Of a stretch of 64,000 nt of DNA, positions 53,786-64,000 are shown one piece after another; position 1 is the stretch's first letter; each line of letters begins with the position of its first letter. The DNA is from Chrysomallon squamiferum. Its lineage: Eukaryota > Animalia > Mollusca. The notes beneath the pieces are model-generated. The model saw nothing but the letters and a program-made list of their open reading frames with translations, had not been told where the DNA came from and did no database searches. Where the stretch lies: contig CM022670.1 of the NCBI GenBank assembly GCA_012295275.1, positions 18,972,001-19,036,000 of the forward strand, in the 5' to 3' direction. The position numbers and the translations under genes are program-made.

Positions 53786-55879
53786 ATTCGTTCTCTTTTA
53801 TTTTCCTTCAATAAATATAATTTAAATAAATAAAAGGCATTTAGTTTTGAAAGGCATGCAAGAAAGAAATTATAATAACAACAATAAAAACAAAATCGTA
53901 TTAAATACCACTATCACTACCACTAGTAATAATAACATCTGAGCTCATAATGTTTGTCTGATACAGCCCAACACAAAAATATGTTTCACAAAAATTATAA
54001 ATGAAATCAAATTAAACCATGAAAATAAAAAGATAACAAAATAATAAATCAATAAAATAAAAAAAAAAAATCGAAAAAAAGAAAAAAGAGCTAAAAAACA
54101 AAACAAAAAACCCCAACAAACAAACAAAAACTAAACAAATAGAGTTAAAATCAACAAACAAACAAGAGAAATTGTTAATTTACTGAAATCAATCACCTTT
54201 TCTCATTTATTCTAGGGTCTATTACATTTACAGTTATCTTACTACAGAAGACATGTTACTATTATTATCTCTTTTACAAGATATTTCCAATTAAATTCAG
54301 TGAGGTCATTTTTGACAACCTACGAACCAGAGCGAAACAAGAAAAAGAAAATGGTGCCGTGGGACATCTCAATTAGGGTCGTCATCGGCGAAGGCCAGAT
54401 TTTCAGAGACCCTTGAAAAGATCGTAATGATGCCCGCAAAGAGCCGAAAGCGTGAAGACAATTGTAATAAATTGTAATAAATGGGTAAATATATTAGTTT
54501 GGGTTATCTAGTGTCAAAATGGAATTATTGGTTAATCATGGTGTTTCATTTTGCTTTAACCCACAGTAATGACCGACTCTTGGATCGATGAAGGGTCATA
54601 GAGATCCAGATAAAGATGATACATTTCAAGCAGACCATCATTTTGAAAAGGTCTCAATGAACGCCATTTAATCCCATAGCGTCAGCATGTACTCATCCGT
54701 CTTTTTTTCAGCAAATTCTTCTATATATTTCTTTCTTTCATTTTTCTTTTCTTTTTTTTTTTTTCGTTCATTACTATTTTTTATATTTATTTATTCTGTA
54801 GAGAGATATAAATCGTAAGATCTGATTAATTTTGTACTGAACTTTTTGTATTTTTTATGTATTTTTTTAAAGTCTTTAATGCTGGTTATTGCGGTGCATA
54901 ACGTGGAGGACATTTAAAAAAAAAAAAGCATACACAGACAATACACACACATACACACGTATATACATATCTATATACATACATACATACATATATACAT
55001 ATATGCATACATACATAAATACATACATACATACAGACATACGTACGCACGTACATACATATATACATAATTTACATGACTCATACTTACATAAACATAT
55101 AAACATGGAAATACATACATACATATATTTATACACATTCACAAATACATATACAAACATTTACTCACAAACATACATAAACATGTTCACAAATACACAA
55201 TCGCATACACATCTACATAATTTGATATATAGCTTATATTATAATCTAAAATCTGTTATAAAAAAATGTCTAGTTATTGTAATTTTAGGGTTGGATTTTC
55301 TTTCTTTTTATTATTTATTTATTTATTTATTTTATACTGTCAAAATATTTCTAACAAAGTTCATGATCTTAAATTAGTTTTTTTCTTATGGTATTCCTCA
55401 ATCTACTTTATGTATTGGTTACTCTTTAAAAAGTAATGTTTATTTGTCGACTTGTGTGTGCGTGTGTGTGGGTGGATGTGTGGGTGTGGGTGTGTGGGTG
55501 GGTGTGTGTTTTCTGCGTATTCCACACCGCATCTTATATAGACAATTAAATGACCCACCATAATTAAGTCGCACGGTCATCCTTAGGAAGTTCGCAATCA
55601 ATATCTGTTTTGGTGAAAATCAAGCATACTGTGCTTAATGTTTGACTTGTATTTATAAACATAAGCAAAAATTATTATTAGGCAGTTTTATGACAAGCCT
55701 TTCTGGATTTGGCTCTTGTAAAAGGCAGGTGATTTTACTAGACTAGATTAGATTAACCTAGACCGGGGCCCAATTGGGAGCAATTGGTTCAGTTAGCTTT
55801 AAGCGGGCCCTGTTAGTCGTTTTAATTTGACCGTATTTTGTAAAGTTGATTCACTGTTAAATAAGCAATCTGCTGCAGA

Positions 55880-57365
55880 TTAATTCTCTCTCACTAGGAT
55901 ATGCATGTTTGAACAGCTGTCTGTGTGTGCTAACAGAGTACCGATTGACTTACAAATCAAATAAAAAACCCAGACATTCGCAGACGACATATCTTACTTT
56001 TATAATAATATTTTTTATTTCCATACCGCGGATATTTACGCAAGAAACTTGAACTAATATTATATTTAAAAACCAAACTTGCTTGAGCAATAAGGTCCGG
56101 ACTAAAAATTAATACTTTTAACGATCTCTTACTCGCATTAAAAATTTTCTGAAACCAAACACAAGTTTTATGCATAAGAAAAATGCTCCAGTGTATACCG
56201 ACTATTTCATAATCTAACAAATATATATTCTTAGAATTAATTTAAAATTAGAATTAAAAAAAGAAGAATAGAATATTATTTTCTTCGTGACAGACTAGTT
56301 TTGTTCATTTGGTCGTCCATGCACACTAAAATCGAATTACATCACTATGTGTTAACCATTGGGATATTTATATATAAAGTAACATGATTACATGCGGTAT
56401 TCATCAGGGCTGTCGTATTTTATTAATTTAATTATATCATTATTCTTATTCTACCAAACGTTTAACATCTCTGAATACGCATAGCATTGCTGACATTATG
56501 AAATCGTTTTAACGTGTTTGTAAAAACCAGCTGTTGTAAAACACATCTGTATAGGAGACGTGGATGTATTAGTCGATGAAAGTATTAAATCACTAGATAA
56601 AAGGCAAAACAGGATATATTCTGATATAATATCTCGCCTAGGAATAACGGGAGTAATAATAGAAGAAGAAAAAAACAACAAGTAAATAAAAATAAATAAA
56701 TAAATAAATAAATAAAATTAAAACTGAAAAGAAGTAACATGAATATAAACATGTAGACAGGTATATAAACTGCAGAAAATTATTTGATATAAAACCGATG
56801 GCTGCAACTAATCTTACTGAATCCATTTTCCATCCCAGTCATTAGCTAACTACGAATTTGTGTGCTGGTTTTTTTTTTTTTTTTCTTTCTATTGGAAGCT
56901 GCATGTAAAAGACCTCTTAGAGTAGTCTAATATGAGATAGCATGCTTCCTCCTCGTTATATGTATATTTCCCTTAATCAAACATGTGATTTTATATAACC
57001 GTTGATTATGAATCTGTTCAGACGGGTGTTAAATTAAAACCATTTTTTTTTTATTTTTTTTTTTTTTTTTTATCTTCTAAAAAATGTCAAGTCAGTAACT
57101 GTAGTACGAAGATAACCCTGTAGATATATCTGAAATAAATTTTTGAATTTAACTTAAAACTTTTATAAATTGATGTGCATACCTTCTCCGTTTCCATCAA
57201 CCTTATGATTGATAGCTTAGCTAATTCAGCTCAAATACTATCTACTTAATTCTCTCAGATTACAATATTCATGTTTGAACAGTCGTGTATGCTAACAAAG
57301 TACCGACTGACTTACAAGTCCAATTAAAAACTACACATTCGCAGGCAACATTTCACACTTTTTAT
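55880..57365 (+). repeat. Diverged ~120-bp direct repeat pair (55880-56005 and 57247-57365)
   Basis: Shared TAATTCTCTC...CATGTTTGAACAG..GTG.TGCTAACA.AGTACCGA.TGACTTACAA.TC.AAT.AAAAAC..CACATTCGCAG. Confidence 0.85.
56830..57045 (+). mobile_element. Nin-type SINE relic (3' half)
   Basis: TGCATGTAAAAGACCTCTT..AGAGTAG..TTCCTC..CCTTAA..ATATAACCG..GTTAAATTAAAACC in the order of the recalled gastropod SINE consensus. Confidence 0.6.
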
Positions 57366-57468
57366 TTAATGCTGATCTCGTAACGTAAAATAAAAAGTAA
57401 AATTAATGCACTGAGCGTATCATAAAAATCCTTTACAGATAAGGTATAATGATTTAGTTGTTCTAGCC

Positions 57469-57592
57469 CAGGGGTCGGCAACCTTTCGGAGAGAGGGGGC
57501 CAGACAGCTATGCAGTGTTTTGGAGGAGGGCCAAGATATCAAATGCATTATATATAAAAATATATACATACACAGTCGCACGCACGCACACG

Positions 57593-57638
<46 letters not shown>

Positions 57639-57816
57639 GATATCTCTCTGTCTCTCTCAATTCTGTCTTCAATATTGAGCACCAGAAAGGGCTGCTAGGA
57701 AGTAAGGCTGGAGGTTTAAAGAAAAAACAACGAAATTAATGTAATAATTAGTGTCTAAGTGTTCAGTTGGCGGGCCGGACTAAAATCCCTCGCGAGTCTA
57801 GCTTTGCCGATCCTTG
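57469..57816. mobile_element. hAT (Charlie-like) MITE containing a (CA)n tract
   Basis: Ends CAGGGGTCGGCAA...TTGCCGATCCTTG; 8-bp TSD TTCTAGCC/TGCTAGCC with the CTAG core typical of Charlie insertions; subterminal GGGCC/GCGGGCCG motifs. Confidence 0.85.
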
Positions 57817-58934
57817 TGCTAGCCGATTCTTTCTTCTTTATTTATTTATTTTTTCTTGTTTCATGACTAGGGCAGTTTTTTTTATTGTTTTTATTTTATA
57901 GATCTAAATCTAACAGAAAAATATCATGTAAAAAGTGGTAACTAGCAATAGAATACATCCAGTGAGAGATGAAAAGATTAAACAAAGCATTTCTACGTTA
58001 CAGGCACAGTCAATATCCGTACATGATGGAGGACCAAATAGCATGTTAAAATGAGATTTTCCTTTATTACAAGCCGGGAAAGGAAACACTGAACAAAAAC
58101 AAACGGGGAGAAGATTTACATCTGTTGTACATCACTGCCACTACTAGAATAGATTGATGACCGTGCTTTTATAGCGACTTTTAAGATCTGTTAATTGTGA
58201 ATAACCATTAGAGTTAGTATTACAAGATCGGTTAGAAGATTTATCTATATAAGGGTAAAGTCTAGAAGCCAGATTTTTGTTTTCGTTGATTTAAACCATC
58301 ATGTATCGATATTCATCAAAAACAAATTTATATTTAAATACTATGACTCACATGTTGGTAAATTTTGGAAAGATTGATACTTTAGAAAAATCGTTAGTTT
58401 TTTCTACATTTAACGAAATGTGACAGAAACGGATCAAAAGAAGAAGATTATTAAAATAAACTTTACAATGTAAGAACAAAATAGTGAAGTGTGAAAGAAC
58501 TGATAATGAAACGAGAGCTGATGAAGAGTATGTAATGACAAATCACTTTAAGAGAGGTTTATTGTGCTTGCCACCACAAGCTGTATGAACCCTGACACCT
58601 TAGGAATTCGGGTTGTCTGTGCAGGGTTAGTTTGATGGAAGAGAAGAGAAATAATGGTATCGAACACACTCAAATATTTTCAGTGAAAGCCGAAAGTTAA
58701 CCAATGAAGCATGTTTTGGCACTGTTGTCTACTTACATCTGAACAGTATATGGAGTGACGTTTGAACGGAAAGCTTTAAATATGGTTTCCAGGTCTATAC
58801 GTTCTTTGAATGCTACTGACGAAGCAGAAACACTAGAGTGGACAAATTTATTATAAAGAGATATCGATAAGAAATAAACATAACTGATGAATCACCATGA
58901 TGAAATATGATGACCATTTAGAGCGAAATGTAGT

Positions 58935-59290
58935 GAGGGCCGGATTAAGACCCTTAGAGGCCCCAGTACATTTGTAAATCAAAATATAAACAATAAAAAA
59001 CAATAAAATAAAATTTTATTTATCGAAAATTCGAAATTAAACAAAACTTACAGTAAGAAGGAAAATAATATGCTTCTATTTTATTTATAGTTAAAAAATA
59101 ATGAACACGATGACACAGGAGAGAACGCTTTATAAACAGAACTTATTCATTTTTCATTAAATTTTTAAAATGGCAATAAATTTAATAATTTAAATGCTAA
59201 ATTCTTCTATGAAAAATTTCTGAGGTGCCCCTTCTTCCATTGATGCCCTAAGCACGTGCTTATTTTGCTCATAGGGTTAATCCACCACTG
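58935..59290. mobile_element. Degenerate hAT-type MITE
   Basis: Ends GAGGGCCGGATTAA...TTAATCCACCACTG; imperfect 8-bp TSD AATGTAGT/ACTGTAGC; subterminal GGCCCC/GCCC motifs. Confidence 0.65.
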
Positions 59291-59743
59291 ACTGTAGCAG
59301 GTTCTCAATGGTACTTCAGAAAAATGATATCTGAAAAGGATGACCTCAAAGTCATAGCCACCAAAAAAAATCAGGAAGAAATCTTTCCAGTGTACAGTTT
59401 TTAACGCAAAGTTAGAGGAAGAAAACCCGATATTTAATGGATTTCTTTTTCTCTAGTTCATTGTGAAAAATTAAGAACTGTTATTTAATTATATTTTATT
59501 ATTTATTTATTTATTAGTTAGTTAGGTTTTATTTATTTTTTATTTTTTCGCTGTAAGGTTTATAAGTTATGAAAATAAATTCAAAAGACCAAAGGGATTA
59601 TAACATGAACAGATTCAGCGACCTAATGCACTCTATTACTGATCTTATTTGCGTCATACAGATCATTTTTTTTACGATGAAAAAAAATGAGTTTTATAAA
59701 AAAATATAAACTTAAGAAACAGAAGTATCAGAATAGCCAATAT

Positions 59744-60014
59744 CAAGAAGCGGATCCAGGATTTCAGAAAAGAAGAGACATCAATATTGCACAGAAATAT
59801 TTTTCATTATAAAGAAGAAAACATCGGACGACAAAACGACAAAACAACAACAAAATAACAAAATCAGTACTACTACTACAACTACTACTACTACTACTAA
59901 TAGTAATAATAATATAACATGTATATTAATTAATTAAAAAAAATTTTAAAAATAAAAAATGAAACAAGAAGAGCGCTTGGCGCGCTCCTTGGCTCCTTTC
60001 ATGATATCCGTGAT
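59744..60014. mobile_element. Possible decayed MITE (GCGGATCCAGGATTT...ATCCG type)
   Basis: Left end GCGGATCCAGGATTTC and GC-rich right end GCGCTTGGCGCGCTCC...ATCCG around an AT-rich core. Confidence 0.4.
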
Positions 60015-60249
60015 TTAAAATTTAGTTTTTCAGTCTCTTTTTATCTGTCACTGACAATAATCACCGACCGCTGCCATAAATGCTTGTGAAAATCGACCGA
60101 AACGTTTACAAAAAAAGAGAGTTTTTTTTGCTCCAGACCTATTATTACTTTCAACCACTGTAATTTTAGATGATTCTAAAAAGGCACAGTTTGTCAGCCA
60201 TTTCATCATACATTTTATATCGCTCAGATGTATTTTTGTGTAAAAAAAA

Positions 60250-60415
60250 ACTCTGCTGCCGCCACTCTATAGGTGTTCTTATCAATTAGCAGGAAGGAAT
60301 CATTTACAGTAATCCTTTCTGGTAATCTAGTCTTTGAATGAGAAATAGCCGACTTAACAAGAATCAACCCTGTGTCGTATCACATCTTATGCCATCGCTC
60401 TAACCAATGAGCTTC
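60250..60415 (-). mobile_element. tRNA-derived SINE relic, Nin-domain type
   Basis: Minus strand has box A-like AGCTCATTGGTTAGAGCG and box B-like GGTTGATTC, followed by CCTTCCTGCTAATTGATAAGA...GTGGCGGCAG resembling the Nin central domain as recalled. Confidence 0.7.
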
Positions 60416-63400
60416 AATCTTTTCAAATAAGGCAAATAAAGGCTAATAAGAACAATGATAAAACTACCATGAAACCAACAGCAAAATACGAAAAAGTTAT
60501 TAACAATATAAAAAGCCCAAGTCGTTTTTGATTATTATAAAAAAAAAAATAAAAAAAAAAAATATATATAATAAAAATAATAAAAAAATAAATAAATAAT
60601 AAATAATAATAATAATAAAAAGTAATTCTACATTAAAATCAAAATCGAATGAATGTCTATCACTAATGTCTAGAAAGTTCGTCATGAATTTATTAAAACC
60701 GCTTTGACTTATAATCTCTTTCAAACACTATTCTGATGTGGTCCTTTTGTCCAACTGCTGACGGCGATCTACAAATAAGCATGGCGACAAGTGATGGTCG
60801 ATGTTTGTAGTTTGACCATAGGAAAATGTTGGTGCCGTTGCTTCCTTTTGTGATTAAACGTGTTACAGTTGATTGATTGTTTCCAGTCAATTCAAGTTCA
60901 AAGGAATATTAGTTTAAAAGCATTGGTTAGTCGTGATTGCATTAAACCGAATTCGTTTTGCAAATGGTCGAAATTTCTTTCACATCTAATTGGCCTATCA
61001 GGACACAGCTCAAGACAGGACACAGCTCAAGTCAAGACACAAATGTGGCTTTGCTGGAAAAAGCTAAAATAAAGAAATCGGCAGTTAAAGGCAAACAAGA
61101 AAGTTTCTATTTACATACACCCTAGTATAAAAGAAAGCTTAGCAGAATGGTGTCTAACTTGAAACCAAGATCATAGTAGATTTTCCTTATAGTTTAGTTC
61201 TAGGAAGAAGATATGTGTTTGGTTCTTACGCAATCAAAATCTATTTCGAAACGTCCATCTACTTCGATTAGCTTCAAAGAATCAGTGGATAAAAGATCTT
61301 CTTTTATGCTTGCACGAACTTGAATCCATCTAGTACTAGATCCTAATTTGAGAAACAATGAACTAACTTTATTAAAAATGAATGCTCGAACAAATTACCC
61401 AAAGTGAATCACACGACAATGCCAGCTTTAATTTGGTCCAGTTCCAAGTCTCAAAATGATAGTCGCAAACCTTATTTTTTAGCTGTAAGACAGGCATATA
61501 ATGTTAATTAAAAGTTAACAGAGATAGGTTTGGCTATTTATGGCTGGACCTTGAACATTTTCTTTTAGGAATTTGAAGGAAATCTTTCATGGACTTCATC
61601 AATTTAAAATGGACACATTTTAGTATATGTTTTGGGTTTATCACCTTTTCCTGTCATAATATCCAGGATCCTGCATAGTCTAAATATCGTTTAAGATAAT
61701 AATCTTAAGTCTTGAAGATTCTGAATCGAATTCTGGTAGTGTTTGTAGTCATTGTTAAGTTGAATACTGGTAAATGACACCATACTGACTTGGCTCCTCT
61801 TTTCACAATATTGTATGTTGAGACAGCAAGTTAATGAGAAGAGATCTAATTAATGTCTTAATTAGATACTCATGGAAAGCCGAGAACCCAAAATAAATCT
61901 ACTGTGAAGAACTCGATGTAAAATGTGAACTGGAATCTATAAATGAGAATATTGGGATTATCAATATTTACTTTTTTTCGAAGATGCTGGTTTGGAATAT
62001 TTGAACTTCAGTGGAAATCTAAGTATGTCATTACGTTTTTGCGCTAAGCTTTTGTTCAAAAAAAGTTAGACAATAAAACAATATTTAATGGTTTTAAAAT
62101 TGTAGAACAGGGGCGTAAGATGTCGGTGTACCCTTTTAGCCTTTTCCAATTGCAACCCGTTTTTAAAACCTGGGGTATTTATTTTTCGTACAGTGGTAAC
62201 CTTCATATAAAATATTCTTTGCTGCTAATTAATATCAACTCAAAGAATACGAGGAAGAGAATTATAACTAGAAATATATATATATATATATATATTTTTA
62301 ATATATAAACTCTGATTATTACCTTTATTTCAAGTTGGTGAAATTTTCAAAAAAATGGGGAGGTATTGTAAGTTAATTTGAATGTAATAATATCTATGCC
62401 TTATTATTATTATATATTAAGAGTGATGAAAAAGAAAACCTGTTGTTTTAACAATTTGACAGTCTGATTAAGAAGGAAATATTGTTGTTATTAATAATTC
62501 GGAAATTTATTTATTAAATTCACTCGTTCTGAATTTCGATGACAATAAACAAAACGGGCATCAAAAGAAAATTATTTTTCTTGCAAAATTTATTGACTAC
62601 AAATTGGTATAGTCCACAGAGAATAAATTCTGGATGTTCACGTATCCTTCGCTAATAGGAACCGTCTGTAAGATCAGGAAGTTCTTTCGTAATCAAAGGA
62701 AATTGTCTGTTAATTTATCATTGCAGACGACACATATGCGCCGAGGTGTTTCCCTGTACAGTGTAATTATTTTGTGTTCATGGCTGTACATAAAAAATTG
62801 GTTCTAACTAATTTGTGTGTGTGCATATTTGTGTTTGTGTGTGTGTGTATATATGTATGTGTGTGTGTATGTGTATGTATATATGAATATCACATTCCTA
62901 CGTGTGTGTGTGTGTTTGTGTATCTATGTATACATGTATGTTTGTAAGTACTATGCATGTGTGCACATATCACTGTAAATATATAAGTACGTCTGAATTT
63001 GATTATGTACGTATATATGTTTGTACGTGCATGTGTACTTGTGTATGTGTGTGTATAAATATGTACATACTTAATTATCATTATTACTATAGTTATCTAA
63101 TGAGGCTGTTAACCTTAATTCCGGAATAAACACCAAAAATAATAATCACGTTTTTGTTTTTCCTTTCTTTATTCATTAGTTGTTTCTATTATGTATTTCC
63201 AAAATAACATTTCATGCATGAAACAGTGCTGAAAACCTTCACTACATCTGTTTCGTGTTCCACTACGTTATGCCTCATTTAAAAACTCATCATCTCCCTA
63301 GTGCATTGACCATGGCTATTATTCGTTTTGTTAACAACACCATTACGAGTGAATTAGTGCCAGTTTTCAATTCTGAAGCAGACGAAGCTTGAATGATTCA

Positions 63401-63419
63401 GAACATATAGACTTATTAA

Positions 63420-63900
63420 CATTCCTAGATGTTTGCTCTTCATGCAACTCTTTATGGGCAGTGGTTATGGGTCTATACCTCAAGACCAATTTCTGAATTA
63501 ATTTTTACTGACATCTTTAGATATTTAATGTTCACGATACATTTTTTTGTGTGTTTCTGTTAGGATTAATTTCGACAAACCAAAGAACTGCAACCGCATT
63601 TGCTCCTGTATAAGTCCCATTAATTTGTACACATATTCCATATATAAAGTTGTAGTGCAGCACGGTAAGTTTAACATCCAGAATTATTGAATGAAACGAT
63701 ATTTATTATTAATTTTGATGTTCCGAGTAGTTTTTGTCCTGTCTCGTTGAGCTCCAGACTGGCAATTTCTAGGATATAAGCCTTCTTCCTATTCCTATCC
63801 ACAAATATTGCATAGGTTTAGGTTATTGGTTATAGTCTATACCTCAATATCAATTTCTCTATTGATATTTATTGTCTGAAAAGATTTAGATTGTTTCATG
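63420..63900 (+). repeat. Diverged direct repeat, ~363-bp spacing
   Basis: TGGTTATGGGTCTATACCTCAAGACCAATTTCT (~63462) vs TGGTTATAGTCTATACCTCAATATCAATTTCT (~63827), with similar continuation. Confidence 0.7.
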
Positions 63901-64000
63901 CTTATTTTGTAAACTTATTACAGAGGTTTGGGGAAATTACACCCTTACTTCTCTTAATTAATATTCCTGTACTCAAACCGTTGGAGAAAATATTTGGTTA

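Noticed and set aside
54495-54515. GGTTATCTAG similarity to miR-9
   Set aside because: Seed and 3' end do not match and no precursor hairpin seen.
60365-60415. tRNA-like box A/box B
   Set aside because: No cloverleaf; it is the head of a SINE.

Overview
AT-rich animal genomic DNA, probably a mollusc (gastropod-type Nin-SINE copies, mosaic CpG pattern); not prokaryotic. The left ~41 kb holds the 5' part of an adenylate cyclase type 9 (ADCY9) gene on the minus strand: a 1,477-nt first coding exon (39447-40923; M1 transmembrane cluster plus C1a catalytic domain), a 27.8-kb intron, then six phase-compatible exons (11545-11628, 11042-11139, 8000-8074, 6592-6694, 3397-3597, 1-265). A possible 11-nt microexon lies at 1688-1698, and the gene runs off the left edge. 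Head-to-head with it, beyond a perfect CRE palindrome (43010-43017), is a plus-strand orphan ORF (44422-45363, with candidate 5' exons at 43139-43160 and 43352-43386). It encodes about 7 degenerate TEPRN..DS...GNADFC.QK repeats and is the best candidate for something undescribed. From 46 to 64 kb there is no gene I can support: CpG-retaining enhancer-like blocks, MITEs, SINE relics and microsatellites. All calls were made by eye, without database searches.
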